The position numbers were made by a program, and so were the translations under genes. Below the pieces are notes generated by a model that was not told where the DNA came from, did not search any database, and worked only from the letters and a program-made list of their open reading frames with translations. A stretch of 60,032 nt of DNA, counting the filler, from Rhabdomonas costata (taxonomy: Eukaryota): the NCBI GenBank assembly GCA_019059605.1. It is 10 parts of 10 records of this genome, joined end to end, with 100 filler letters (N's around TTAATTAATTAA, not from the genome) between each part and the next. Parts side by side here need not be neighbours in the genome. Positions count along the whole stretch, not along the records: positions 23,723 to 29,483 come from JAHMHO010000043.1; positions 29,584 to 35,339 come from JAHMHO010000044.1; positions 35,440 to 41,175 come from JAHMHO010000045.1; 7 more parts are not named here. One strand, 5' to 3'. Position 1 is the first letter of the stretch; each line of letters begins with the position of its first letter. Of the stretch, positions 23,623 through 37,224 are shown in pieces.

Positions 23623-25500
23623 NNNNNNNNNNNNNNNNNNNNNNNNNNNNNNNNNNNNNNNNNNNNTTAATTAATTAANNNNNNNNNNNNNNNNNNNNNN
23701 NNNNNNNNNNNNNNNNNNNNNNGTGGTGTTTTCCCCAAAATGGCGAGTGGCCACGGGGTCCTTTTTTAAAAGCTCATTTTGGGTCGTTGGGCCCTTTGGC
23801 ATTGCCTGTTCAAAAGAATTGCATAGCAACGAGCCAGGTGGTCTCTTCCGCTCGCACTGACAAAAAACTCATATTTGGACCGTAGTCAAGATACTGCAAC
23901 AATGAAGGGGAGGTGGAAGGGGAGCATACAGCAAAACGCACACAGATCTCATAGACCCCCGTTAATAAAAGCGCAGTGCAGTCCAGGCTGAGTCCAAGTT
24001 GCGCTGGAGGTCGTAGACACCGGACCGTCATGAAAACTTTAACTTCGGACTGAAACGCTTCGAGTCTGAAGATGCGCCGCTCAGTTGCCCTCAATCTCAA
24101 ACGGTGGTGCTTTGGCAGCCGCATTTCTATTTCCTGTTCACCCAAAACAAGGCAGGGCAACAACTTTCAACGGCCTTACCAGTGATGCCCAACCACACCA
24201 GCTACACACTTCACCCCACCGGAGGAAAACGCCCTGACATTCATCCGTGTTCCGTGTTTGTGAACAAGTGCGTTATAAAGCGATGGAGGGGAAGGGGGCA
24301 GGGCCGAACCATCCGCGCTGACGGAGTTGGGGCGGAGAGGCTTCCCAGGGGTAAGACCGGGGAGCCTCTCCACTTCGCCCAGCAGGGTGGGCGCCCCGTT
24401 GGAGCCCCGCGGCCGCACGGTGCCCCCGAGCTGCAGAGGCAGCGGGGCAGTGACGCACTGTCCCCGCGGGGTTTTCACCACAAGGTCAGCCTGGTGCTGC
24501 AACCCCCACCCCCCAACCACACACTGAGAGACCCGCGGACAGGTAGGCTGGGAATGTCTTCGTAAGGGCTCGCGATACCAAACGCCATACATTTCTTTTC
24601 CATTTTTAGAGAAAAATATAAGAATTCAATTGTTCCCACAGAATCTTAGAAACGCTTCAAAGTGCACCTCCAAGTTCATTCTTTGTGCCGTTGTGGTGAA
24701 GAAGGACAGTTGTGCAGCAGTTGTATGTTGAAAAAAAGGCACTACCGTACACATGAATCGGTACAAATGCTGATTCAGCATCAAGTTTAATCCATGCCCA
24801 AAGCCCGAACCCGTCACTTTCTACTTATGAAAAATCGCACGGAGCTTTCTTGACATTTGCCTGTTTTGGCGAGGCAAAACCAAGAAGATTTTTGCAGGGA
24901 ACGAACCCAAACAGGGCTGCTATTTTTCGGTGTCGGACTCCAGGTTTGAGTTTAATTGCAAATATTTTGGACCGCCTATTTTTAAAATGACATGGGAACA
25001 GAAATGGGGCAGCGCAGACCTTGGCGCCACTCGCGCTCACCACACTGGTTCCGTTCCAGACCCGGCTGATGCCACCCTTGGACCAAATGTGGTGGTGGGC
25101 TCCCAGCAGCTCCGGTTGCGACAGAAGGGCCTGGGGGTGGTGTGAGATGTACCAGGGAAGGGGCGTACAGAGGGAACCAAACCACAACACGACGGGATGC
25201 ACAATGCAACAAAAACAGCGAGCGACTTCATGAGAAACAACGGGTGAGAAAATTCCTGCAACTTTGGAGACGGGAGAGGAAGTGCACCATGAAGAGGAGC
25301 GTGTTTTGTGTTTAAAGCTGTCGCTGTGCAGTCACCACACAGCTGGGTGTGAAGGGTGAACAACGGTACGGAATAGGCGTTAGGCTGAAGTCCACCCACC
25401 ACACAAAATTATTACAGGTTCTCCAAACCTAAGACAATGCCGCCGGTCCAGAATTTAACATTCTCAAAATGAACACTGTGCAGCGGGGAAATGTTTCATT

Positions 25501-25501
<1 letters not shown>

Positions 25502-25569
<68 letters not shown>
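25502..25569 (+). repeat. (CA)n microsatellite
   Basis: About 34 perfect CA units. Confidence 0.97.
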
Positions 25570-25570
<1 letters not shown>

Positions 25571-28500
25571 CGCACCCCATCTGAAGGTCCCACGGCGAGC
25601 ACCACCTTTCCTGAAGAAACAGCAACCAATTCAGAACTAATTTGTGCCCGTGTTCCAAAAGGGCACAAATTGGCATGTGGCGTCTGTGCAAATAAAAGGG
25701 AGCGGAAACAAATTATTGAGCAAAAACGCCAAAACAAGGCGTGTAGTCATGACAAAAAAGAGCGGTGAGTCCGTTAACCCCCCAGGCCTTTGGGGAATTG
25801 GCTTGGCTTCACCCTCTTTCCAGAAGGGTCCTGAATGGCGCGAAAAAAATGGTTGGTGAAGGAAAAGGCTGGGTGGGGCACCGTCTTTGTTCAGAAAAGA
25901 GTCAGCCTGCAGGGTGAGATTCCCCAGGCTGTGGAACTGTAGAAGGCTACCCATGCACAGAATAGCCTTCTGCAGTGCCTCGTGGCTGCCTGAAAACATC
26001 GCAGCAAAAACGAAAGGACGTCGTATAGAAATGACAGTCGTGCACGTGCTTTCCCCCCTGAATATAACCAAAGAAAACCGAAAAGTCGCCAGCCACTGCA
26101 GCTTTGAGCAAGGGGTAAGGGTAGACGTGTGACATTCTGGCATTGCATTGCACACCGCTGACATAAACGGCCCGAGCAGCCAAGTTGAAGAGAACGAAAT
26201 GAGGTGAGCTGATCCCGAGGTCCTCCGCAGACACACCACCGAACTCCTCTGTGAGAGAAGAAATCCAGGAGCACCACTAGATCATGGGTGAAGAGTGGGG
26301 TTTGCTCGAGAGGCAAAAAAAGGAAGCCACAAGATGGGAAAAAAATTGAGAGTTGCATGCCAACAACACGAGGATCAGGAAGAGCATAGTCATGAACATA
26401 GTAAACGGCGAATTGGTTGGAGAATTCAACAGGGCTGACCGCAGCTGAAGGGCTCACCATGTACCTGTGAAAAAACAACTTTGATCGATCTCCTCTGCAT
26501 TGCAAGTGCGATTACGTACCTAACACACACGTATCAACCCCCCGAAGATCGAAAATCGAAAATCGAATGGTTCGAAAATATCGGCGAGGGCAAGGGCAAG
26601 AGCAAGGGCAACGAATGTATGAAAAAAAATACAGCAAAATGCATAAAGGGGAGAACAAAATAATTAAAAGTGGATACTTCAGAAACAGCGCCGCAGAAGC
26701 GTCGTAGGTCACGACAGAAAACTTTACATCCTCTCCGCCATGAGAGCCAAAAAACCCGTCATGAAGAAACAGAGCTGAATCTTTGGCTGATGCAGGCGCT
26801 CCCAAACGATGCAGCACCTGAAAGCATGCGAGCAGATGACGTGGCTCAGCAAGGAGAAAGACATAGCAACACTGAAGAAAGACAAGAGCAAATACCTCCT
26901 TGCTGAGCGATTCATTGGATATGTTGCTCGCGTTGGAAAAAGCCGATGCAGACGCGTCAATCTCTGTGAGCTTCGATCCCCAGCTGTCTCCAGAGCTGCG
27001 AAGCCCCTCTTCCGCAACAAATACCTGCATTGGAGAAAAATATCACTGATTGAAACAACGCTCACCGCGCGGGAAGAAATTTAGACTTGGGAAACAAAAA
27101 GACCAACTGCTTTCCGAGTTTCAAACAATTTTGACGCTTGTCTAAAATTTCCGAAGACAAACGGATAAAAATTCTGGAGCCAAAAGGTCTGCAGAACACC
27201 GTAGTTTTTTTAGTTTTCGTTAAAAACCGAAAACTTTTATGCATACAGTCGTTGGTTCAGTACCTCGAGCAGCAATTGTTGCATCTGATCATCTGTGGGG
27301 TGGATTTCAGCCTCTTGCTTCCACTCATCATATCTTCCACGTTTTTGCCAATAGTATGCTTAAAATATAATGCCCATGTNNNNNNNNNNNNNNNNNNNNN
27401 NNNNNNNNNNNNNNNNNNNNNNNNNNNNNNNNNNNNNNNNNNNNNNNNNNNNNNNNNNNNNNNNNNNNNNNNNNNNNNNNNNNNNNNNNNNNNNNNNNNN
27501 NNNNNNNNNNNNNNNNNNNNNNNNNNNNNNNNNNNNNNNNNNNNNNNNNNNNNNNNNNNNNNNNNNNNNNNNNNNNNNNNNNNNNNNNNNNNNNNNNNNN
27601 NNNNNNNNNNNNNNNNNNNNNNNNNNNNNNNNNNNNNNNNNNNNNNNNNNNNNNNNNNNNNNNNNNNNNNNNNNNNNNNNNNNNNNNNNNNNNNNNNNNN
27701 NNNNNNNNNNNNNNNNNNNNNNNNNNNNNNNNNNNNNNNNNNNNNNNNNNNNNNNNNNNNNNNNNNNNNNNNNNNNNNNNNNNNNNNNNNNNNNNNNNNN
27801 NNNNNNNNNNNNNNNNNNNNNNNNNNNNNNNNNNNNNNNNNNNNNNNNNNNNNNNNNNNNNNNNNNNNNNNNNNNNNNNNNNNNNNNNNNNNNNNNNNNN
27901 NNNNNNNNNNNNNNNNNNNNNNNNNNNNNNNNNNNNNNNNNNNNNNNNNNNNNNNNNNNNNNNNNNNNNNNNNNNNNNNNNNNNNNNNNNNNNNNNNNNN
28001 NNNNNNNNNNNNNNNNNNNNNNNNNNNNNNNNNNNNNNNNNNNNNNNNNNNNNNNNNNNNNNNNNNNNNNNNNNNNNNNNNNNNNNNNNNNNNNNNNNNN
28101 NNNNNNNNNNNNNNNNNNNNNNNNNNNNNNNNNNNNNNNNNNNNNNNNNNNNNNNNNNNNNNNNNNNNNNNNNNNNNNNNNNNNNNNNNNNNNNNNNNNN
28201 NNNNNNNNNNNTTTGACTAATGGACAGTTCCAGGTCCCAAAAGAGCTTTCCTCTGAAGAGCTGCTGGAAACTGCATTGGCGGCCGAGTGATTATTGTGCG
28301 GACGAGCCCTCTGGACCCCCACTTCTCTTGAAGCAGGGGTTCAGGATTGTCGTGAATTTTTCAAATTAAAGCAAGAAACACCCCAAAATTAAGAGAATAG
28401 TGCGCAACCAATTCCAATGAAGTTTTTACAGTGACTTTCAAACGGTGGCCTTTTTCGGCCTTGGATACGCTGTTTTTACCGTCAGACCGTGAGTTCTTAC

Positions 28501-30203
28501 TTTACGGTGTAACCTGCTTTCGATCACAAAACAATGAAAAAAAAAATTGGTTAAATTACAGTGAATAATTGATTTAATCAACCGCACAGACTTTCAACCG
28601 TTGGAGGAACTTTACAAGGAGTGTGTGTGCGCGCGCACGAAAAAAGTCATCATTCGTTTTGGCACACTTTTGTGCTCACGGAAAAGCTACCGCACCGAAG
28701 CAAAATGAAATAATTGCAGACACACCGGCGTGCGGCCAGGCGGAAGATGCCAGTCCACACTTTCTGTCATAAAAGAGCAGGCCGGAAAGCTAAACATGCA
28801 AGCCCCCCACCCTTTTGCGTGTCCCGGAAAACAGCTTGACTTTTTTCAATTGAGGCTTCCTTTGCAGGGAGGGTCATCCAATTCAAGGAGGCATCTGTCT
28901 CCGTTTATAAATTACACATGTCAGAGGGAAAGAAAGGCACGGTCACGAAGCTGGCATTTCTTGGACCAGTATCTTGGGGGACGGCTTACGAGCAGATGTA
29001 AAGCGAATGAAGCAGAGAAAACCCAAGGAAAGAGAAGAACATGGCTTCGGAAACGCAGTAATTCATTCGTCGATCTGGATAAAGGAGCGCAGCCGAATAA
29101 AGGAGAGGGGCCTAAATCCCACCTGCTGAAACAGGAACCTAGACGGGGGAATGACCCCCGTCTACCCGCCTTCCCGTTGCGCCAGGCCATTGCTCGGCCT
29201 GCGGAACCGCTCACCTTCATGGGAGCGCTGTGGCGTTAGTGGCTACAGAGAGATACCCAAGCTGACGAGGTACAGTGGTGGTTGCCATAAGGCAGCGTGT
29301 TGATTTTGTAACCGCTTCGAACGCGCGCGCTTTGGGGTCACAATGCTCAGGGTTTTCTCCATCTCCCTGATTCGTAAATGGCGCGGGCTACTGGGGAGAA
29401 AACTGCGGTGATTTCCTCCTTGTTCTGCGCTGAGCTCACTTTTGCCCTGGCCTGGGCCTATGCTGTCCCTGCCCCAACCACCCNNNNNNNNNNNNNNNNN
29501 NNNNNNNNNNNNNNNNNNNNNNNNNNNTTAATTAATTAANNNNNNNNNNNNNNNNNNNNNNNNNNNNNNNNNNNNNNNNNNNNGTGGTTGTTTTGAGCAT
29601 GCCTGACACAGCAATGCTCAAAACAAACGACCGATCATTGAACTCACTCGAGATACAGGCAGCTGAATGCGACATTTGCTGAGCACGACCCACTCAGGTG
29701 CTACGTACTTTTAGACAGGACTCCCATGGCATACACAAGCATTTGTGCGTCTGAATTTGTCTTTGTGTAGGGTTAGGTTAAGGTTGGACATTTGGTGCCT
29801 TTGCGCGTGCTATTAAGTCTGGATTTTGGGAGGGAGGTAGCTGCTGCATAACAGCTACGCCTTGGCTGGGGTACAATAAAATAGAGTATGCTGAACAGTT
29901 GGTTGATGTTCCACAGACGCAGGGTGTCCCATTAAAAATGTTAACTTTTTGAATAAATTCTTCACTGTGGCTACCCGGGTCCAGGTTAATGGTGCAGGTA
30001 CCTCATGCACACGCTGCCATTTTTTTTCATTACGAGCATAATAAATAAATACCTGCCTGTCAAGGCTTACACGAAGCCTCGTTGCACGGCAGTGCCTCCG
30101 CCCTGGCCATTCCTCGACCTAACGCCAGTCACCGGCCCAAAAACGGCGCCCATTCGCATCATATCCCCAGTGTACAAGGTCCTGGGGCCCAAAGACGCTT
30201 AGC

Positions 30204-31162
30204 TTAGAAAATAGACTGAATTGACAAAAGAGGAAGGAAACCGAACGTTTCCATAAGACCCCAGCATACACCATCCACCGTTTCGGGCCGTATATCGCCA
30301 ACCGGATGCGCTGGTTGAGTGCAGCGAGAGAGGGGACCCTTACTGCGGTACACTTCTCTCTGAATGATATGGCCCCAAAAGAAAAGTCTGGGAAGGAAAA
30401 GTCTGGGGACCGCGGTGGTCACTCGACTCCCTTTTGGAAAGCACCTTTCCGGGAAATGTCCTTTGCAGGTGTGTGAGAGTGGTAGCCGCCGGCGCCATCT
30501 TCCTGAAACCACAATGCTCCGGCAGGGGTGAGGCAGTCCTCCAGAATCCAGAGTACCGAACGCCGGTCACATTGACTACTTGTGTCCCTCTACGAAAAAG
30601 ATCGACCGACAATGCCCCATGAGGCCACCCCGCACCACATAGTAACACGTGGGGAGTGCCTGTCGAAAAGCCTCGTGGGGTCGTGGGGGTCCAAGCCTTG
30701 CAGTTCTGCTTCACCCGCTCCCATCCAAGTGAAAGTGGGCCTCACAGTATTCAAAAGGCCCTTAAAGAATGCAGGAAGCCTCCACTTCGACAGAGCCAGT
30801 GGCAAAACCTCAGGCGTCTGGTCTTATCCCCTCTGTGGAGCCAGTTTGTAGGGGAATAAGCCCAGCAGGCGTCTGATGGCCGGTGTACCGTGGTACGAGG
30901 AACCCCGACGCTAAACCATGGGCTGCGCTCGAGCGCCTGCCTCAGGAGCCGTCTTGTGGCGGATGTGGGCCGGTGTGGTCACTGGCGGTCCTGGTGTCTC
31001 AGAAGACTCCCCGTCTCCTCTTAAGGATCTGGTAAGGGTGTGAGCAGGAGGCGCTATACGCCGGCCCAGCTCCCTAGCAAAGGCACGCTGTCCTTCTGCG
31101 GCGGACCCCGTCTGCGACAGCAGCTTCACAGCCCGAACCCGGGTTCTGACTGGCCACACCAT
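30204..31162 (-). pseudogene. Tc1/mariner-superfamily transposase, maT-like (approximately DD37D), decayed
   Basis: N-terminal MVWPVRTRVRAVKLL..S..QRAF..APP, then GVPRTTVH, LGLFPYK, DKTRRLRFCHW. Catalytic region HSPRVTMWCGVASWGIVG, WFQEDGA, *PPRSPDFSFPDF. The last two Asp codons are 111 nt apart. Multiple frameshifts and stops. Confidence 0.85.
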
Positions 31163-33128
31163 TTGGTAAGAAAGCTAAAAGGGGGTGGGGCAAAAAAAAA
31201 TCCCACCACAGGGTTTAGTGTGTAGGCACGTCTGTGTGTGTGTGTGTCCGTGTGTGCCAAATTTATGAGGAGTTTTTTTTTGCGCGAAGTAGTCGAAGCC
31301 TCGGGGGGAGGTGTTTGTCCTAACCCCAGGTTCGTAGTAGGAAGCCATTCAAGGGAGGTGGTCCCGACCACCGACTCGAAGGCTAGGTGGTAGCACTGGC
31401 GAAAAACCGGCCAGCCCCCCCTTCCGTCGACTTTAGCGATTTTTTTCTCAAAAACGCTAAAAATCGTGTATAAAAAACGAAGTAGACTTCGAGTTCAGCT
31501 CGGAAAAAGTGACCAATCCCCCCGTTTTTGGGGTCGGGGAACACGAAACGCACGGTCTGAGGCTTCGAATCGACCACTTTGACCTCCATAGGCTGATTTT
31601 GACCGAAAATTGCCCCCCCCCCCTTTTGGCCTACCTCGGTGGTATCCTGTAAGGGTCGAAAATGGGGTGTGCGGGGTGTAAAAAATCGCCCGCCGGAAAT
31701 CGACCCAACGTGATATTTTTGAGGTCGGGAGTGCCGAAAAACGCGTTTTTGCACGGGTTTGAGCCGTTTTGGAAGCTGTGGTGAGGGCTTTGAGGCCATT
31801 TTTATTAATAAACGGGCTTTTTGGCCCGCAAAAGGGCTCAGAAAGGGGTCGAAATGAGCGAAATTCGACCCCTTGGGGGAGAAAAAATACGGTGGCCAAA
31901 GGATAGTGAGAGGTATTTTCAAACCACTCCGAGCCAGGTAACCCCTGAAAAGGCCAAACCGGGGGGAGGTGTCCCGAAGTAGGTGTAAACCATAGGGCGA
32001 TAAACCGTTGCTTCTCGTTTCGTTACGGGACTCTTAGCGCTGCGTCCGGCGCGCAGCCCTTACTTACCCTTACTTGTTAGACAAATACATCTAAAACTGG
32101 GGGTGCGGTAAACTTTGCCAGCCTTTCATAAACGAGCTTATTTTGTCTTTGGAGCTGAATGAGACAAGTACGCCAACAATTGTGCTGAGATAACACCACC
32201 GTACGTGCTTACAGGATTACATCAGGAGGACGCCAAGCGTCGGAGCCCGGGAAAACCACTACCATTATTGATCCTCAAAAAGACCTGGAAAAGCCTCGCA
32301 AATTCCACTACCAATAAAGATAACAATAAAATATCACAACAGCAAACGATGCAATAATCCTCACACGCTTTGCAAAAAGCTCCATCGCTGTCCGATCAGA
32401 ACAGTTCTTTTTACAACGTGACCAACAAACAGAAGGACATCATCCAAAAACTGCAACAGTAAAGTGCCACCAAAGAGCACGGTGCCGCACGAAAAGCATG
32501 ACCAGCAATGCTATCTTCGGCTAGTACACTCTTCCTCCAATAGGGCATCAGAACAATGGGACAAAGTCACGAGAGTGTTTAAGCACATTTCAGGTGGGCC
32601 TGTGTTGCACTGCATGACTAACTGGGTAGGCGACACCACTTTCCACCGAGTAAACCTAGAAATGTCATGAGTTGAGGTTAGAGACGCTCCAAGAATGGCA
32701 GGGGTGCCTTTCAGGGTTGCACATGCAATCAAAAGAAGCTCTGTTCGAAAGATAAGGAGCCGAGCAATGTGGCCTTTCCCACAACCACAGCGGGGAATTA
32801 GCCACATCACGTCGTTTCCCACCCTTGAGCTCAACATAGCAAAAAACAGTGTTTGTGACTCGAATGAATGACGTGCTGCCCAGAGACCATTCTTTATGGG
32901 CTCTGCGGGTGTGCCCGTGTCCGACTCCCGAAGAAGCCGAAGTGGCGCCTCATGAACAACCGCGTTCTGCCGCTCTCTTACTTTTTCGTAAACTGCGCTC
33001 ATGGCCTCGGCTATGCTTCCAGACAGCTCTGAAGCAAATTCTTCAGTATGAGAATCTTGACCTTCGCCAACAACGAGTTCATCATCAGTATCCTCAAAAC
33101 GCCGTTTCTTCCACGGGCTTTCAAGAGA

Positions 33129-34202
33129 TTAATCTGAACACGCAGTGGGAGAAGAGACCATCTGTAGGTCTTCAGCTGCTCCAGATGTTGGTCCAGCTTT
33201 CCAATACAAGGCAACCCCACATCGCGGGCAAGTGTGGAGAACGCTATCCGCAGAAGGAGGGCTGGAAAGAGGAAACCACTGAGCTAGCTTCACACCCAAA
33301 GACGGGTGTCTCGGGGAGTGAGCATAGTCGTTGCCGCATGTCCCGCAAATAAACTGAACCAAAGCAGGAGGGACAACTTTAGGGGGTGGCAGCCGTTTCG
33401 TGTGGTACGCGGGCATCGGGATTATCCTTGCTCTGGCTCCACGTCCCACAACGGTTATCTGCGGCCTGAGTCCAACCAAAGGGACAACAGCCCGTGAAGC
33501 CTGAAATTGGAAAGCAGGTGCAGGTGCAGGAGGGACGACGCTGGGGCTGGCGTTGAGAGACCAGGCCGTTGAAGCTGCCACTACGGGAGCAGGAGGAGGC
33601 AACACTGAAGGCAATTCTCTTCCGCAGCAAATCGCCACAACAGCACAAGCTGCGAGTGCTGAGCCCGCAAGCGCTGCGTCGGGGGCACGAAGAGTCACCG
33701 AAGCGGGGTCGAAACGACGCCGAGGCCCCAACGACAGCCTTTCCGAAGCCGTGGGATGAGAGCTTAATCTGCGCGAGATTGTGGTGGGATCACCGAGAAA
33801 CAGGTCAAGCGCTACTTTAAGCAAGGCAGCAAGCCACCGGTCCACTTCCTCGTTGTCCGCGCTTGAAAGTTGCAAAACCTGGTCAAGCAAGAGGCACGGG
33901 CGCGTAAGAGGATCAATGCACTCCAAGTTTCCTTCCTGTGAGATGGAGATCGCTAGGCCGCCTCGGTACACAGCTCCGGCGGCAGGGCCCAACTCGATCC
34001 AGGTCAACTGGTGAGCCACCCCACCGGCTAACAGCGGAAGAAAGGAGCATGGCTCCTTCGGCACAGCCACTAAGAAAGTTTGGGGATATGTCCCTGCGCT
34101 ACTGCTGGCCTCATCCCAGCAGGACCGTAGCACCAAAAGCACCTGTTCAAAGTAAGTGAAGTGTGCCAATAAGAAATCAAGGGAATGTGAAGCAGCGGGC
34201 AT
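33129..34202 (-). CDS. Hypothetical protein (long open frame, no recognised domain)
   Basis: 357-aa open frame with protein-like composition and a Pro/Ala-rich linker; probably includes spliced segments. Confidence 0.3.
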   Translation of the reverse strand: MPAASHSLDFLLAHFTYFEQVLLVLRSCWDEASSSAGTYPQTFLVAVPKEPCSFLPLLAGGVAHQLTWIELGPAAGAVYRGGLAISISQEGNLECIDPLTRPCLLLDQVLQLSSADNEEVDRWLAALLKVALDLFLGDPTTISRRLSSHPTASERLSLGPRRRFDPASVTLRAPDAALAGSALAACAVVAICCGRELPSVLPPPAPVVAASTAWSLNASPSVVPPAPAPAFQFQASRAVVPLVGLRPQITVVGRGARARIIPMPAYHTKRLPPPKVVPPALVQFICGTCGNDYAHSPRHPSLGVKLAQWFPLSSPPSADSVLHTCPRCGVALYWKAGPTSGAAEDLQMVSSPTACSD

Positions 34203-37200
34203 ACGGGGTCGCTAGACAGCGAACCTTATCATTTTCCCAGACTCCCGTGAGCTGAACGCATGCAGGCGTGGACACGAAAGACGCCGAACAGTCTTTTGTG
34301 GGCGAGGTCGTTACTGGGAAAGGAAGAAGCTGTGTGCTGTCCTGAAAACAAGAGAGACAACAGGAAAGCACAATCACATCACAGTACACTTCAGAAAAAT
34401 GCCCTGTGAACCCGCAGCGCATGACACCCTTCTCCTGATGTACACCATCTGGGGGGGGGGGAGATTTTTATCAGAGTAGCAAGAGCCGTTTCCACAGGTG
34501 CACGCTTACTCAGCTGAGCGGATGTGAGCTGAGAACACTCAAACCCCTATTACCTTTGGATAAGAAAACGAAGCATCTGAGCAGAAAAACAAGATAGCGA
34601 CATGTTTATGCTCATTGGTCACCATAACCTTCGGGTAAGAGGTTATCACTTTCAATCGACAGACGCATCAGCCACTGCTAGCTGAGACGAGGTTTCCCAA
34701 CTCACGCGATGGTGGTTTGTTGTTTGACTTAGGTGTTTCGGGGCAAGCCGGAAAACCGATTATTCGCTCAAGCTGCTGTCGTACTTCTTTTCGTATGCGC
34801 GGAAAAACTTGTTGAGCACTGCAGCTGTGCGTGCCTAAATGAAGGGCCAAATTCCTTTTTGAATTCAGTAGTGGGGGTTGGGGTGTCCCAATTGTAGTGG
34901 TGGCGATAGGGTGTGAATAATTTTCCTACAAATGGAACAATTTTCCACGCGAAAACTCCATACTCAAAAAGCTGGTTCCGAAAAACGACGGAAGACCAAG
35001 GATAGTTGCCTTAGGGTGGTGTGCATTGCCCCACGTGCTAACCTCTATTAAAATTTCGAGGGGGGGGATATGCGAATGAACATCTACTCAATTCAAGTCC
35101 CAGTTGAGCCCAGGTCAACTCAGGAAAGGTGTTTCTTAAAACTATTTCTGCATTTAACTCAGCAAAAAGAGTACTGCGGGGGTGTGAATCAGTGCCGGGG
35201 TGAAGAAAGGGCCGATGAAAGGGGTGATGTGCTGACGTGCGGCAACGCGAGCGGGGTTTAGAGGTCACAGTGTGCAGACCTTCATCATCCGAAGACGGAT
35301 GATGGCTTGTATCTGAGGCTATATTTGTTTCGAAACAATNNNNNNNNNNNNNNNNNNNNNNNNNNNNNNNNNNNNNNNNNNNNTTAATTAATTAANNNNN
35401 NNNNNNNNNNNNNNNNNNNNNNNNNNNNNNNNNNNNNNNACGCTCAGAAGCAAACGTTTGGGACAACAAGGGTGGCTGAAAGACGGGTAGAAAACCAAAA
35501 ACTGTAAGAGCACGCAAGGAGAAATGGGGACTGTGATGTCTTATTGCGGAAGCATTGGCAGTGCTGGGGGCCGGGAGGGAGGGGGAGGGGGTGCTGAAGT
35601 ATGGTAGGAAAAGAAATCGAGGCAGCTGATGAGACAAAGGAAGAAGCTTCACCAGTTTTGAATGCGTTGACGGACGGCCTACACTGCCTGAACTGCATCA
35701 AATTTTGCTGTGTGAGCCGCCCGTTCTCCCAAGCATAAATGCCAGAGCGGCACTGAAACACGAACCTGCACCAGGGTTTGATTCTGGGCATGCAGGACGG
35801 CAGACAGGCCGGAGATCTGCTGCCGCTGCTTCTCCAGAGTTTGCTGGTCCACGGAGCCTGGGGACTGCTGGCCTGCCCCTGCTTTGGCGGCCCTCGCAGT
35901 ATGGCCCATAGAGCGACTGGAGGGCGTCCGATTCTGAGGAGCCATGCAGACAAAATCAAACAGCGATTCTGTTCTATGCATATATATAATGTCAGTTTTC
36001 GTTTCCGTCCACCCTACGTCGGCCATAGGCCATAGGAACAATGTTCACGAGGTTACACTGCAGCAAAGGTGCCGTAATACACATGCACACAAACCGCAAC
36101 GATTGGTTTCGAAGGTGACTCACAAGTTTTTTCCATCTTTTGTCCCAAACGTTCTGCCAAGGTCGCTTGTCGGCATAAAACAGATCACAACGTCGTTTCA
36201 GGCGAGGAAGACCGAAGACTTGAGAGAGGGAGAGAATCCAGCCCGAGTTTGACCGGTTTCGCGCTCTTCGCTGCGAGAGAGATTCCCTTGAACGCAACCG
36301 CGTGTGGTGGACTTTCGTTCAAAACGGTGCAGTGGGTCCCGAATACGACTTCAACAGCACCTTCAGTTGATTTAACAGAAGAGAAGAAGCATTCAGGGGA
36401 AGGATGCATACCACTACACCGGAAACGGTGTGATCAAACTTCGAAGGATCTGAAAAGCAAATGAAAAAGGGAACAAAAAACTGCGGAGATTGCGATTGTG
36501 TTGATGAATTGCCGCGATGCTGGGCTATTGTCGCCAACACGAAACACGGAACAATCCAGCGCCCAGATCTGATGCTCATCTATCCCTATCCACTTCACTG
36601 TCCACTCCACTGTCTCCCTGCAACCTGAACCTGCTCACCCACAATGGTCGCTTTCATTGGTACCTTCCAACACACTTCACCTTTGTTGACACCTTCATCT
36701 TTTGTGATGGTATAGTCGTTTCAGTTGTTTGAGGGGTTGTTGTGTGGAACTTGCGGCATTAGGCTCACGCGATTGATGAAAGAAGCAGAATTTTGCGAGA
36801 AGGTAACCCATCGGGGCAGGGCAGTTGGAGCCGGGGGGGGGCTCTTTCCTCATGAATTTGGTATGCAGAGTCCCACACGAACAAATCGAACATAAAGTGA
36901 CCTACAACTGGAGGAACCGGAAGGGTAACCCCAGTGGCCGCCACGAAGGCCTCATCAGCTACCCCAGTGAATGCGTGCTGCTGGGCCTCAGAGAGAAGCC
37001 GCAGTTGTTCCTGAGCATGGAACCCAACCACCCAGATCCGAACTGTCACAACTCAATAATAGTTAAGAATCGAAACCAAGGCATGCCCCAACCACAGCTG
37101 CGCGAAGCCCTTGTGCAGAGGACACTCAGTGCCTCAAAGAAAGAAGGCAACTGAACAACACTCAATATCCAATGTCCGGCAAATACCTCTCCTCCAAGTC

Positions 37201-37224
37201 CCCCAGTCAACACACCTGCGCACC

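Noticed and set aside
25429-25768. VCVC/HTHT repeat proteins
   Set aside because: These are translations of the (CA)n microsatellite.
23810-26505. Multi-exon minus-strand gene
   Set aside because: GC-rich exon-like blocks exist, but I could not build a consistent frame or recognise a domain.
26770-26900. Non-LTR retrotransposon C-terminal CCHC (C..QTMQHLKAC)
   Set aside because: Only a partial motif after a stop codon, with no RT recognisable upstream.
29766-29790. Telomeric repeat (TAGGGTTAGGTTAAGG)
   Set aside because: Only two or three degenerate internal units.
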